A stretch of DNA of 64,000 bases from assembly GCA_030833725.1 (NCBI GenBank), contig JAURGP010000002.1, positions 6,773 to 70,772 on the forward strand, given 5' to 3'. This DNA is from Candidatus Kapaibacterium sp. GTDB lineage: Bacteria; Bacteroidota; Ignavibacteria; Kapaibacteriales; Kapaibacteriaceae. Under the pieces are notes generated by a model, which was not told where the DNA came from, did not search any database, and saw only the letters and a list, made by a program, of their open reading frames with translations. The position numbers and the translations under genes were made by a program. This document shows, in pieces, positions 43,733 through 54,064 of the stretch; the first letter of the stretch is position 1; each line of letters begins with the position of its first letter.

Positions 43733-46030
43733 GTGCGCCAATACCGTTTCTTCTGGCATCGTAGCGTTGTAGCACTTCCCATTGCCATCCTGTTCGGGAT
43801 GGTACTACGGCTTCCGTTCGCTTATGCCCAGGATATCGCTGTAGAAACCCTCGACGAACTTCAGGCCATCCGGTTTGAAGGGTGTGTACGCACGCAGCCC
43901 GCAGACTTATTGGGAGTGTTGTCGTCGCGAGAGAGCGAGTTGTCGTTTACTCGCCAACTGGCCAAGTACTACTACGAGAACGTGCGCCTGAATCCATCAA
44001 CACCTCAAGGTGTACTCGGAACACTGGCCACGGTGGAAAAGGACCTTGCCAACGAGTTGCGATACTTCAGCGAGGAAAAGGCGAATAGTGATTCTCTGGC
44101 CTTATTGATCTACCTCTGGCAGAATGGCTTTCACAACGCCAAGGTTGATTGGAGTTTCACAACGGGTTCAACGTTTGCGAAGAATACGCTCACGTTTCGT
44201 ATCACCGAGGGCGAACAGGCAATCATCGATACGTTCCTTGTTGTTGGCTTGGACAGCGTGGCCTCTGAGGCTCGGAAAGAGATCGAAAAGGTATGGGTGT
44301 CGTTTAAGGGATCTGCGTTCAGCGAGTTACGCATCGATGAGGCGATGCGCTCCATCGTGCGTGCGTTGAGAAACAACGGCTACTACCGGGCTCAGTTCGA
44401 CACACCGATTGTTCGTATCAGTCGTGATGGGTTGTCGGATTCCGTTCTGGTGCGCTTCCGTCCTGGACGACGCGTGAGGATTGGTGATATCGTGTTCGAG
44501 GAGAATGCAGGGGGCTATCCGAGTGTGAGCCAGGCCACGCGGAAACGGCAGCTTGAGTTTGATGTGGGTGACCTGTACAGTGAACGTCTGATTGAGTTAT
44601 CGCGCGGCAACCTGATGGGACTCAGTGTGTTTGACCTGGCTGCTATCGATACAGTACAGGCTGACTTCATTGGCGACAACGGTCTGCCAGCGGACTCACT
44701 GCTTGCCATGAGGGTGTTCACAAAGAACAGCAAGAACTACGATGTGGGTGCCAACTTGTTGCTCTTTCAGACCCAGATCGATAACTACCTGAACGCTGGT
44801 GCCGGTGTGAATGCCGTGTACCAGAATCCGTTTGGTGGTGCTCAGGTAGCTTCTGCTGAACTGCAGTACGTTTTGCAGGATGTGAGCTCGGTGTTTCAGG
44901 GTGCCAATCTCCAGAGTGAGGCCTTAGCGGCGTTGCGGTTTTCATGGCCAACGTTTGCTAAGATCGAGGAACTGCGTCTGGGCGCGCAGTTGAGTGCCAC
45001 CTACTCGTTCCGCTTACTGATTGATCCATTCCGACTGGAGTCCTTCACCCTGGGTGCCCGACTTCCGGTGAACCTGTTCTCCTACACGTACTTCAATGGC
45101 TTTGACCTGAATGTTTCCGTGGAACGTCAGATACCGCGGAACTTTGCTACGGCACTGGATGATGCGCTTGATCAGGCACAGAGCGAGGAAGAGATTGCCT
45201 ACATCCTGAGTACGTTTTCTCAGTTCGAGGTGTTGGACGCCTACTTGCGGGAAACGGGAGACTTTTTCACAGGTGTGTACACGGGTGTGAACCTACGGGG
45301 TGAGCACCGTGATAACCCTGTCAATCCACGCAGTGGAACATTTGCGAGTATCTCCACAGAGTTTGGTTGGGGTGCTGGAAAGTTTGTTCGACTGCAGTTC
45401 TTCAACAGTGTGATTACGCCGGTGAACCCCACACTGGTGCTGGCAACTAAGGTAAAGGTTGGTCACATCCAATTGCTGGATTTTCAACGAGGAAGTGCAA
45501 CGGATACCAACACCTACGTGCCGCTTGAGCGTCAGTTCTTTGCTGGTGGCGCGGCTAGTATTCGATCGTTTGCCTCTCGTACACTGCACGACCCCTCGTC
45601 GGGCTACATTGATATCGATGATGCTCTCAGTCAGAGTCGACTGTCGAACGTGATTGGCAGTGGTTCGCTGGTGGAGTTGGGATTCGAAGCGCGGTTCACG
45701 TTCTCCCGACCGCGTAATCTGGATGACTTGTGGGCCACGATGATCGAGAGGAGCGGTATCACTCTCTTTACCGATATCGGGAACTCCTTCAACCGTCTCA
45801 CGGAAGATCTGTACGGAAAGATGCGGTTACAGGATCTGTGGCAAGGGAGTGTTGTTGCTGCCGGGATCGGATATCGATTTGATACTCCTGTAGGACCCTT
45901 CCGCATCGATTATGCAACCAGCATCTACGACCCTACTCGTTCCGCAGGGCAGGTGATCTGGAATGGTCGAGAGAATGTGTTTGGGTTCAACAACTGGTTG
46001 TTGAGTATCGGTTTGGGTCACGCTTTCTGA
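43733..46030 (+). CDS. BamA/TamA (Omp85) family outer-membrane protein
   Basis: POTRA-like repeats (GYYRA, LEFDVGDLYS), FFAGG..SIRSF, TPVGPFRIDY, C-terminal Phe; start uncertain. Confidence 0.87.
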   Translation: MRQYRFFWHRSVVALPIAILFGMVLRLPFAYAQDIAVETLDELQAIRFEGCVRTQPADLLGVLSSRESELSFTRQLAKYYYENVRLNPSTPQGVLGTLATVEKDLANELRYFSEEKANSDSLALLIYLWQNGFHNAKVDWSFTTGSTFAKNTLTFRITEGEQAIIDTFLVVGLDSVASEARKEIEKVWVSFKGSAFSELRIDEAMRSIVRALRNNGYYRAQFDTPIVRISRDGLSDSVLVRFRPGRRVRIGDIVFEENAGGYPSVSQATRKRQLEFDVGDLYSERLIELSRGNLMGLSVFDLAAIDTVQADFIGDNGLPADSLLAMRVFTKNSKNYDVGANLLLFQTQIDNYLNAGAGVNAVYQNPFGGAQVASAELQYVLQDVSSVFQGANLQSEALAALRFSWPTFAKIEELRLGAQLSATYSFRLLIDPFRLESFTLGARLPVNLFSYTYFNGFDLNVSVERQIPRNFATALDDALDQAQSEEEIAYILSTFSQFEVLDAYLRETGDFFTGVYTGVNLRGEHRDNPVNPRSGTFASISTEFGWGAGKFVRLQFFNSVITPVNPTLVLATKVKVGHIQLLDFQRGSATDTNTYVPLERQFFAGGAASIRSFASRTLHDPSSGYIDIDDALSQSRLSNVIGSGSLVELGFEARFTFSRPRNLDDLWATMIERSGITLFTDIGNSFNRLTEDLYGKMRLQDLWQGSVVAAGIGYRFDTPVGPFRIDYATSIYDPTRSAGQVIWNGRENVFGFNNWLLSIGLGHAF

Positions 46031-46040
46031 TGCTCTCGCC

Positions 46041-46931
46041 TTAGAGTACTCCTACTATCCGCTTGCCCCACGCATCAATCGACGCACGGTACATTCCGGA
46101 GGTGTTGAACGGCATGGATACTTCACCACGGGGACCGATAGCGATCAAGCCCCCTTCCCCACCCAAATCGTGGATGTGCTGCATCACTGTTCCCGCTGCC
46201 GAGCCTACCGACTCGCCCAGCAACTCCATCCGGGAAATCACGGCGTAGGCTGCTGCGTTGCGAATGAAGTACTCACCGATACCAGTGCAGGACACCGCAC
46301 CAACGTTGTTCTTCGCATACGTTCCAGATCCGATCAGTGGCGCATCACCTATTCGTCCCGCTGTTTTGCGGAGCGTACCGCCGGTTGAAGTAGCAGCTGC
46401 TACATTACCGTGTGTGTCGCGAGCTACTGCGCCTACTGTGCCTGTGGAGGGCGATGACGGGTGACCTACAATGGCTCCACCAATCATATCGCATGGCTGA
46501 AAGTACGAGGCATCAACCATCTCGAAGTTCTGAAGTTCTGCCAGAGCATCTGCCTCGGCACCACCCAAGAGCACCGTTGAGGTGTGTTCCATCACGTACC
46601 GAGCCAGCTTGATGGGGTTCTTCACGCGGCGCACCAGTGCTACGGCACCGGCTTCCAGGTTGTGTCCTGTCATGATAGAGGCGTCCAGTTCAACGTAGCC
46701 ATGTTGATTTGGTGCCGAGCCCCTTCCAGCGTGGAAGAGGCCGGTATCCTCCATACGGACGACGGCCTCCGTAACAGCATCTACCGCCGAGGCTCCTTGT
46801 TGCAGCATCGTGTAGATGTGATCGACGAGGTGTCCAAGTACACTCTCTGCTTCCTCGAGGCGACCGGTGCCGGCATAACGCGCTAGGTTGCCTGCTCCTC
46901 CGTGGAGGGCAATGCTGGGAAGGTGACTCAT
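46041..46931 (-). CDS. iaaA: Isoaspartyl peptidase/L-asparaginase (Ntn hydrolase)
   Basis: LHGGAG, ELDASIM, GTVGAVA, AATSTGG, GRIGDAP..G.G.YA, TGIGE. Confidence 0.92.
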   Translation of the reverse strand: MSHLPSIALHGGAGNLARYAGTGRLEEAESVLGHLVDHIYTMLQQGASAVDAVTEAVVRMEDTGLFHAGRGSAPNQHGYVELDASIMTGHNLEAGAVALVRRVKNPIKLARYVMEHTSTVLLGGAEADALAELQNFEMVDASYFQPCDMIGGAIVGHPSSPSTGTVGAVARDTHGNVAAATSTGGTLRKTAGRIGDAPLIGSGTYAKNNVGAVSCTGIGEYFIRNAAAYAVISRMELLGESVGSAAGTVMQHIHDLGGEGGLIAIGPRGEVSMPFNTSGMYRASIDAWGKRIVGVL

Positions 46932-47758
46932 CGGATCTTCTCGATGATGGCGTCGTTGATGGCGATGGTGTCTGCTTCTGCGAGTAGTTGCATCGCTCCA
47001 TGGGTTACGATGTGGGGGTTGTAGGTGGCAGCAATCCCGTTGGCCTCGAGCCCCTTCATGAGATGGCTTCCTTCTCCTCCCGACACGACTACGTGTGGAA
47101 CGGCATCTGCAAAGTACTGTCGGCGAATAGCGGCAATCGCCTGACTCACGCCACCTACTGCCGATGCCGTGACTCCGGCCATGACGGCTTCGCGGGTGCC
47201 GCTTCCGAGTACGGTGGTTGGCTCCTGGTACTGGTACTCCGGCACACCGGATGTTTGTTTGAACAAACCAAAGAGCTGTGTGCTCAGGCCAGCAAAGATG
47301 ACGCCACCCAGAAAGGTGCGATCGGCGGAGATGGCATTTACGGTGATTGCTGTTCCACAGTCCACCGTGATGAGAGGAGGAGTGGCCGAGGAGAGAGCAC
47401 CTATGGCGCCAAGCAATCGGTCTAACCCAGCATTCTCCACATCTCCCAATTTCAGCAAGTCCTGTCGGCCCATGAGGAGTTTATGGATGTTCACAACGAG
47501 GTGGCCAGGGATGCGCTGTAGCACCTTAACAATAGCTGTGGACTGCTTGGGATTCACACTGGACATGCCAATGAGGTAGCGTTTGTCCACATGATCACGA
47601 AAGTGGTGTTGAACGTTCTTCTTCCACTCTTTGTCGTACGGAAACGAAAGGGAGACACCGTCGTGGTGGATCTTTACCCTACTGTTCCCGACATCGATGC
47701 CACTGATCGCGTATTCGACATTGTTCAGTTCAATGGAGGTATCGTAGACTGTCGCCAT
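46928..47758 (-). CDS. coaX: Type III pantothenate kinase
   Basis: IDVGNSRVK, SSV, GLDR, VDCGTAIT, FLGG. Confidence 0.9.
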   Translation of the reverse strand: MATVYDTSIELNNVEYAISGIDVGNSRVKIHHDGVSLSFPYDKEWKKNVQHHFRDHVDKRYLIGMSSVNPKQSTAIVKVLQRIPGHLVVNIHKLLMGRQDLLKLGDVENAGLDRLLGAIGALSSATPPLITVDCGTAITVNAISADRTFLGGVIFAGLSTQLFGLFKQTSGVPEYQYQEPTTVLGSGTREAVMAGVTASAVGGVSQAIAAIRRQYFADAVPHVVVSGGEGSHLMKGLEANGIAATYNPHIVTHGAMQLLAEADTIAINDAIIEKIR

Positions 47759-48473
47759 TGGAAAGGATCCGTTCGTTGTGAGAGTGTTGTTCGGAAAGTA
47801 GGAGGCGTCCGTCGGAGAGCACCTGTTCTACTCGCCAGATACCGTCGGTGTCGACGATCCGTACTTCGCTGCCTTCGATATTCAGGGCTGCCTTCCACCG
47901 ATCAAACAGTTGGTGTACAGATTCGGTTCGTTGTTCTATCAACTTGCGTTTCAGTGTACTCAGCACATGATCAACAGAAGCATCAATACCGCACGTAGCC
48001 AACGACGCACAAGGCTGGTTGATCATGTCCGGAAAACTACGCTGTTGAACGTTGATACCGATGCCTACAATCGTGACGATGCATCGATCACCCTGAAAGA
48101 CGTGCTCCACGAGTGAGCCAGAGATCTTCGCCCACATACCGTCATGGAGCGTTTGTACATCGTTGGGGTACTTCAACCGGAAGGGTTGCAGTGGTGCAAC
48201 ATCGTGCAGGGTATCCAACACCGTGAGCGACGCCAACCACATATAGCTGGAGAGGCGCTCGGGTGTAAGGGGCTGATGGTGACGCTCACCGAATGACAGG
48301 TACACATTCTGGTGTGGTTCACCATACCACGCCTTGCCATTTCGGCCACGGCCATGAGTTTGCATGGACGCAGAGGCGAACATCACATCGTGCGGGTTCT
48401 CCGAGTTTTCTAATTCGCGACGTATAATGTCGTTTGTTGACGTTGTTGTTTCTACGTGGATCTCGTGCATCAT
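47730..48473 (-). CDS. birA: Biotin--protein ligase (no HTH domain)
   Basis: STND, QTHGRGRNG..W, LKYPND, KISG, VGIGINV. Confidence 0.9.
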   Translation of the reverse strand: MMHEIHVETTTSTNDIIRRELENSENPHDVMFASASMQTHGRGRNGKAWYGEPHQNVYLSFGERHHQPLTPERLSSYMWLASLTVLDTLHDVAPLQPFRLKYPNDVQTLHDGMWAKISGSLVEHVFQGDRCIVTIVGIGINVQQRSFPDMINQPCASLATCGIDASVDHVLSTLKRKLIEQRTESVHQLFDRWKAALNIEGSEVRIVDTDGIWRVEQVLSDGRLLLSEQHSHNERILSNGDSLRYLH

Positions 48474-48539
48474 TCAAGATAGGTCGATGAACGTCGTGTC
48501 GTTCAGCTGTAATGTAGCTTTGCATGAATCTCTACCAAC

Positions 48540-49901
48540 ATGATCGATCAACGCGAAACCATCTGTGCTCTTGCTACTCCTCCCGGTACGGCGGGTCTTG
48601 CCGTGGTGCGCGTATCTGGTGCAGAGGCTCTATCGATATGTGGCCGTCTGTTCAAGGGCCGTGGTGCTCTATCCGATGCGGCTGCACACACCATTCACTA
48701 CGGCTGGTGGGGTGATGGCATCGACTCCGTAACGGCATCCGTGTTTCGAGCTCCGCATTCGTACACGGGTGAAGACGTGGTGGAGATTGGGTGCCATGGT
48801 GGTCCGTTTGTGGTGGATCAAATCATCGATTCACTGACTTCAGCTGGTGCTCGAGTGGCAGAGGCCGGAGAGTTCACCCGCAGAGCTTTTCTGAACAGCA
48901 AGCTCGACCTTACTCAGGTTGAAGCCGTAGCCGATGTAATCCATGCCCAAACACGGGCGGGAGCGCAGACTGCCGCCCGACAATTAGCAGGTGGCTTCAC
49001 GCGACGACTGTCGGAATTGCGCCAAACCCTGTTGACGGCTCTTGGCTACTTGGAAGTGGAACTGGATTTCTCGGAAGAAGGGTATGAATTCGTAAGCCGA
49101 CCTGCGTTCTTGGAAACGTTACGTCAGGCAACGGTGGACGCTACGCGTTTGGCTGCATCGGCACAGTCGGCTCATATTCTGCGGTCGGGGTTTTACTGTG
49201 CGGTGGTAGGTTATCCGAATGCGGGCAAAAGCTCGCTCTTTAATGCACTTCTTGGCCGTCCACGCGCCATTGTGAGCCATATCGCGGGTACTACGCGCGA
49301 CTACCTTGAGGAATCGCTTGTAGAGGATGGCTACACCATTCATTTGTACGATACGGCCGGTTTGCGGTCTACCGAGGATACAATTGAACTTCTGGGAATC
49401 CAGGTCACATCCAGCCTGATTGAACAGAGCAACCTCGTGTTGGTCGTGAACGATGCCTCGCTTGGTTTTCGCCACAGCGATGCACTCATTGCAGATATTC
49501 AGAGTCGGTATCCTACTGTACCGATTGCCGTTGTCCAGAATAAATCTGACCTCTCTGGTACGGGTGTGCTGGCTAGTGAGCTCGGTAACATTGCCCAGAT
49601 ACCAACCATAGCACTGTCGGAACAGGGAGTTTCTGAGCTCAGGGCCTACATCGCAGCGATCTGTCGGGAAAGCACAGCCGCCATCCACGATGTCTTGATC
49701 AATCAACGTCAGGCACACCTTTTGCGGGTGTTGATTGGACATCTGGAAGGCGCTTCTGGTGCGCTGGCACGGGAAGAGTCCCCTGATTTGATCGCCATAG
49801 ATCTGCGGTCTGCGGTGCGTGTTCTGGGTGAAATCACCGGCGAAACGTGGAATCCTGATCTATTAGACACTGTGTTCTCTCGTTTTTGCATTGGTAAATA
49901 G
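48540..49901 (+). CDS. mnmE: tRNA modification GTPase
   Basis: ETICALAT, SYTGEDVVEI.CHG, GYPNAGKS, GTTRD, DTAG, NKSD, FCIGK. Confidence 0.97.
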   Translation: MIDQRETICALATPPGTAGLAVVRVSGAEALSICGRLFKGRGALSDAAAHTIHYGWWGDGIDSVTASVFRAPHSYTGEDVVEIGCHGGPFVVDQIIDSLTSAGARVAEAGEFTRRAFLNSKLDLTQVEAVADVIHAQTRAGAQTAARQLAGGFTRRLSELRQTLLTALGYLEVELDFSEEGYEFVSRPAFLETLRQATVDATRLAASAQSAHILRSGFYCAVVGYPNAGKSSLFNALLGRPRAIVSHIAGTTRDYLEESLVEDGYTIHLYDTAGLRSTEDTIELLGIQVTSSLIEQSNLVLVVNDASLGFRHSDALIADIQSRYPTVPIAVVQNKSDLSGTGVLASELGNIAQIPTIALSEQGVSELRAYIAAICRESTAAIHDVLINQRQAHLLRVLIGHLEGASGALAREESPDLIAIDLRSAVRVLGEITGETWNPDLLDTVFSRFCIGK

Positions 49902-49922
49902 CGGCTACGTAGGATCCCAACC

Positions 49923-50456
49923 ATGGCTCTACCTGAAGGAATGATGCTTCGTCCACTTGAGGATGTTGACTTTCAATTGTTTCTCGACATCCAATCGGAT
50001 GCCCTGCGCAATGCTCCGGAGGTATTCGGCTCGGATTACGAGTGGTTTGAAGCCTTATCAATCCTGTCGAAGGAGCAACGGTTTGAGAAGTACATGATGT
50101 TTCCGTACAAGTATCTCCTCGGCGCATTCACTAGAGAGGGCGTCCTTGTGGGCATGATCGGCTTCTCAAACGATCGAAATCGGTCGAAAATTCGGCACAA
50201 AGCGCAGATCTGGGGGTTATACGTCCTCCCCGAGAACCGTGGCTCGGGTATTGCGTCTGCTTTGGTGCGATCTGTGGTAGAAACTGCCCAGGAGATCGGA
50301 GTGGAGTTGATTCAACTATCGGTAAGTACGCGGAACACTGAATCATATGCCTTGTACCTACGGTCTGGATTTGTGGTGTATGGTACGGAGGTGCGTGCTA
50401 TGAAGGTTCAGAGCGATTACATCGACGAATATCTCATGGTCAAGTTTCTGCGGTAA
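49923..50456 (+). CDS. GNAT-family N-acetyltransferase
   Basis: [12 protein letters not shown] acetyl-CoA motif; ALY...GF. Confidence 0.88.
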   Translation: MALPEGMMLRPLEDVDFQLFLDIQSDALRNAPEVFGSDYEWFEALSILSKEQRFEKYMMFPYKYLLGAFTREGVLVGMIGFSNDRNRSKIRHKAQIWGLYVLPENRGSGIASALVRSVVETAQEIGVELIQLSVSTRNTESYALYLRSGFVVYGTEVRAMKVQSDYIDEYLMVKFLR

Positions 50457-50457
50457 G

Positions 50458-50473
50458 TGTTCCACGTGGAACA
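50458..50473. promoter_or_regulatory. parS site 1
   Basis: TGTTCCACGTGGAACA, a perfect palindrome matching the conserved bacterial parS consensus. Confidence 0.9.
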
Positions 50474-50483
50474 TCACCCGGAG

Positions 50484-50499
50484 TGTTTCACGTGGAACA
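50484..50499. promoter_or_regulatory. parS site 2
   Basis: TGTTTCACGTGGAACA, 10 nt after site 1. Confidence 0.88.
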
Positions 50500-50536
50500 C
50501 TCCTTATCTGTTTCCGCATCTGTTTCCGAAGACACT

Positions 50537-52384
50537 ATGTTCGACGTAATCGTAATCGGTGGTGGCCATGCCGGTATTGAGGCATGTGTGGCTGCTGCTC
50601 GGATGGGTATGCGCGTTGCGCTGATTTCGATGGATAAACACACCATCGGACGTTTATCCTGTAATCCGTCTATTGGCGGGTCTGCAAAGGGCCATCTGGC
50701 CAAGGAAATCGACGCTCTTGGTGGTGTGATGCCCAAGATCGCAGATGCCAGCGGACTGCAATTCAAGCTGCTCAATACGTCCAAAGGACCGGCTGTATGG
50801 TCTCCCCGGTCTCAGAATGACAAGGATCTCTACCCCTTGTTCGCCCAGCACATGATTCTGTCTACTCCCGGTATCACGATTGTATCTGAAACCGTTGCCG
50901 AGATTCTTGTTTCCGGCAGGACGGTAATCGGAGTTCTTACCGAGCAGAATGAGGAGATTCGGGGCAAAAGAGTGATCATTTGCTCAGGAACCTTCCTGAA
51001 TGGGGTTTTATGGACGGGACAAAGTTGTACCGAGGGCGGACGTATCGGTGAACGAGCCTCGCACCGCATCTCGGATCTTCTCGAATCTCATGGTCTTCAA
51101 CGTGGTAGGCTGAAAACAGGCACTCCTCCTCGTATCCTTGGGCGTTCCATACGGTACGAAGGAATGAAGCCCCACAACGGCGACGAACAGCCGCAACCGT
51201 TCTCCATCGAAACACGTGAGGTGCGGAATAGATTAGCGTGTTGGGCAACCGAAACCACACCTCGTACTCATGAAATCCTTGAGGAAGGATTTGAACGATC
51301 GCCGATGTTTACTGGTATGATCCAGGGTGCAGGACCACGCTACTGCCCTTCAATTGAAGATAAAATCTCACGTTTTTCCGATAAGTCTAGTCACACCATA
51401 GTCTTAGAGCCAGAAGCTATTGATTCTGAGTCTGTGTATGTAAATGGGTTTAGTACCTCACTGCCTCAGGATATCCAACTCCGTGGTCTGCGGTCCATAC
51501 CCGGGCTGGAGGAGGCAGAGATCCTGAAGTACGGCTACGCTGTGGAGTACGACTTCTTCTATCCCTACCAACTGCGATTCACACTTGAAACAAAGGCCAT
51601 TGATGGTTTGTACTTCGCTGGACAGATCAATGGTACATCGGGGTATGAAGAAGCTGCGAGTCAGGGATTGATTGCTGGGATCAATGCCGCGCTGAGCATC
51701 AAGGGAGAAGCCCCCTTCACCCTACAGCGTTCAGAGGCATACATCGGGGTACTGATCGACGATCTCGTCAACAAAAACACGGAAGAGCCGTATCGGATCT
51801 TTACAAGTCTGGCAGAGTATCGGCTGTTGTTACGGATTGATACCGTGTACGATCGACTACTACCACACGGGCACGGGTTGGGGTTGGTGAGCGATCACAC
51901 ACGTCGTATCTGGGAGCGTCAACAAGAGATGGACACCTTACTCACCGACCGTGTAAGAACCACCCGTCTAACCGCCACACAGGCCACCGAGTTTCTCGCA
52001 CAGCACGGTCAAGACCCTGTGATCGAAACAGTGACACTAGAAACGCTGGCAAAACGGCCGACTGTACCGCTGGAACATGCCCTCCGATTCAGCGAATGTA
52101 TCCCCCTCTCAGTGTTAGATGAACACCCTGCATCCGTGCATCGAGTTCAGACAGGATATCGATATGCTGGCTACATCGAGAATCAGCGGCGTGATGTGGC
52201 GAGGTTCAAGGAGTTCGAGTCTCGGATGATTCCTGAACACTTTGATTACAGTAGAGTGCAATCTCTCTCCTTTGAGGCACGCGAAAAACTGACGCGAATC
52301 CAACCTGCCTCCCTAGGACAGGCATCGCGCATTCCCGGCGTGTCTGCTGCCGACGTAAGTATACTCGCTGTGTACTTGCGTTAA
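50537..52384 (+). CDS. mnmG: tRNA uridine 5-carboxymethylaminomethyl modification enzyme
   Basis: [48 protein letters not shown]. Confidence 0.97.
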   Translation: MFDVIVIGGGHAGIEACVAAARMGMRVALISMDKHTIGRLSCNPSIGGSAKGHLAKEIDALGGVMPKIADASGLQFKLLNTSKGPAVWSPRSQNDKDLYPLFAQHMILSTPGITIVSETVAEILVSGRTVIGVLTEQNEEIRGKRVIICSGTFLNGVLWTGQSCTEGGRIGERASHRISDLLESHGLQRGRLKTGTPPRILGRSIRYEGMKPHNGDEQPQPFSIETREVRNRLACWATETTPRTHEILEEGFERSPMFTGMIQGAGPRYCPSIEDKISRFSDKSSHTIVLEPEAIDSESVYVNGFSTSLPQDIQLRGLRSIPGLEEAEILKYGYAVEYDFFYPYQLRFTLETKAIDGLYFAGQINGTSGYEEAASQGLIAGINAALSIKGEAPFTLQRSEAYIGVLIDDLVNKNTEEPYRIFTSLAEYRLLLRIDTVYDRLLPHGHGLGLVSDHTRRIWERQQEMDTLLTDRVRTTRLTATQATEFLAQHGQDPVIETVTLETLAKRPTVPLEHALRFSECIPLSVLDEHPASVHRVQTGYRYAGYIENQRRDVARFKEFESRMIPEHFDYSRVQSLSFEAREKLTRIQPASLGQASRIPGVSAADVSILAVYLR

Positions 52385-52389
52385 CTTTG
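52382..52389 (+). promoter_or_regulatory. TAnnTTTG promoter element (TAACTTTG)
   Basis: Overlaps the mnmG stop codon; 3 nt upstream of the serS ATG. Confidence 0.5.
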
Positions 52390-52392
52390 TGC

Positions 52393-53685
52393 ATGATCGA
52401 CATCAAACGTATCCGCGAACAGGCAACTGCCGTCAAAGAAAACTGTGTTCGGAAGAATACAGACCCATCACGCATCGACGCCATCCTAGAACTTGACGGA
52501 CAGCGTCGCACCCTTATTCAACAGGTCGAGGATCTAAAAGCTCGGCGAAATGAGGTGTCGCAGCGCGTTGCACGACTCAAGACCCAACCAGGTGCTGATC
52601 AAAGTGAGACTGACCAACTCATTGCAGAAATGCGAGGTGTTGGGGACGAAATCAAAAACCTCGACGAACAATTACGGAGTATCGACGCGGCTCTGGAAGA
52701 CCACATGCTGTGGATTCCAAACATTGCCCATGATAGTGTTCCTGTGGGTAAGGACGCGGATGATAACGTTGAGGTTCGGAGGGTGGGTACATGCTCAGAA
52801 CGTACGTTCCACCAGGATCACATCACAATCGCGCAGCGATTGGGAATTCTGGATTTCGAACGAGGATCGAAGGTGACGGGTTCTGGTTTCGGGTTCTATG
52901 TTGGGAAAGGGGCTCGACTGGAGCGTGCACTGCTCAATTTCTTTCTCGATACAAACACCATGAGTCGGGGATACACCGAGATCATTCCCCCTCAAGTAGC
53001 GAACGCGGATTCGATGCGCGGCACTGCCCAACTTCCTAAGAGTGCGGATGATATGTACTACATGGAGCGCGATGAGCTCTACCTCATCCCTACTGCCGAA
53101 GTACCGATTACCAATTACCATCGTAACGAACTCCTACCCGCAGATCAGCTCCCTGTATGCTATGCAGGGTATTCAGCATGCTTCCGTCGCGAGGCAGGGA
53201 GTTACGGTAAGGACACCAAGGGTTTTCTGCGCGTCCACCAGTTCAATAAGGTAGAGCTTGTGAAGTTTACAACGCCAGAAACATCGTACGATGAACTGGA
53301 GCGATTGGTACAGGACGTGGAGTCCTTGTTACAACAACTCGGACTCACCTATCGTGTGCTTTCGTTGTGTACTGGCGACATGACGTTTGGCGGAGCTAAA
53401 ACCTACGATCTTGAGGTATGGTCTCCTGGAGAACAGCGGTGGTTAGAAGTTAGCTCGTGCACCAACTTCGAAGACTTTCAAGCCCGGCGTTCTAGCATTC
53501 GCTATAAGCCCGACGCTACATCGAAGCCTACCTTCGTTCATACCTTGAATGGAAGCGGTCTCGCCACCTCTCGGATCATGGTAGCCATTTTGGAAACCTA
53601 TCAGCAGGAAGATGGATCGGTGAGGCTGCCAGCTTGCCTAGTACCATATACAGGCTTCGAGGTGATCGAGGTGGATCAAAACTGA
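52393..53685 (+). CDS. serS: Serine--tRNA ligase
   Basis: LIPTAEVP, CFRREAGSYG, RVHQFNKVE, EVSSCTNFEDFQARR, TLNGSGLA. Confidence 0.97.
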   Translation: MIDIKRIREQATAVKENCVRKNTDPSRIDAILELDGQRRTLIQQVEDLKARRNEVSQRVARLKTQPGADQSETDQLIAEMRGVGDEIKNLDEQLRSIDAALEDHMLWIPNIAHDSVPVGKDADDNVEVRRVGTCSERTFHQDHITIAQRLGILDFERGSKVTGSGFGFYVGKGARLERALLNFFLDTNTMSRGYTEIIPPQVANADSMRGTAQLPKSADDMYYMERDELYLIPTAEVPITNYHRNELLPADQLPVCYAGYSACFRREAGSYGKDTKGFLRVHQFNKVELVKFTTPETSYDELERLVQDVESLLQQLGLTYRVLSLCTGDMTFGGAKTYDLEVWSPGEQRWLEVSSCTNFEDFQARRSSIRYKPDATSKPTFVHTLNGSGLATSRIMVAILETYQQEDGSVRLPACLVPYTGFEVIEVDQN

Positions 53686-53699
53686 ACAATCGATACCCG

Positions 53700-54060
53700 A
53701 AAACCAACTACCGTTCTCCACACTCAACATCATATCTTCACTTCTTCTCTTTTTCAAAGGTTGAAGAAGATGATGATGTATATGTACCGTGGAAACAGGG
53801 GATAACTCTACACTCGATACCCCTGATGATCACGAACATCTTATTGTTCAACCACTTACTCAGTGAGATCAACCCCGACACTCTACGTGGATAACCGCAG
53901 GAAAACAGAAACACCCCGAGAATAACGCCGAAGAACTTTTTCTTGGACACATCACCTCCATGTTGAGAGAGGGTACAGAAACCACTTCTAACCACCTTTT
54001 ACAACACCTACGTGGAAAGATGTGTGAATAGCACACCAACTATCTTTTCTGGATAGGGTT
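53700..54060. other. Candidate chromosomal replication origin (oriC-like intergenic region)
   Basis: ~380-bp non-coding gap with DnaA-box-like 9-mers (TTCTCCACA 53714; reverse TTATCCACG 53886; reverse CTATTCACA 54023; weaker ones at 53788, 53797, 54011, 54048). Lies 3 kb from parS and next to mnmG/serS. Confidence 0.45.
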
Positions 54061-54064
54061 TACC

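Noticed and set aside
50483-50536. MFHVEH N-terminal extension of MnmG
   Set aside because: It is the translation of a parS site; the conserved start is ATG 50537.
52331-52342. ATTCCCGGCGTG as another repeat copy
   Set aside because: Single arm only, and it encodes the conserved RIPGV of MnmG; coincidence.
53738-53995. Small ORFs in the serS-photolyase gap
   Set aside because: Low-complexity translations with no family features; the region is better explained as non-coding.
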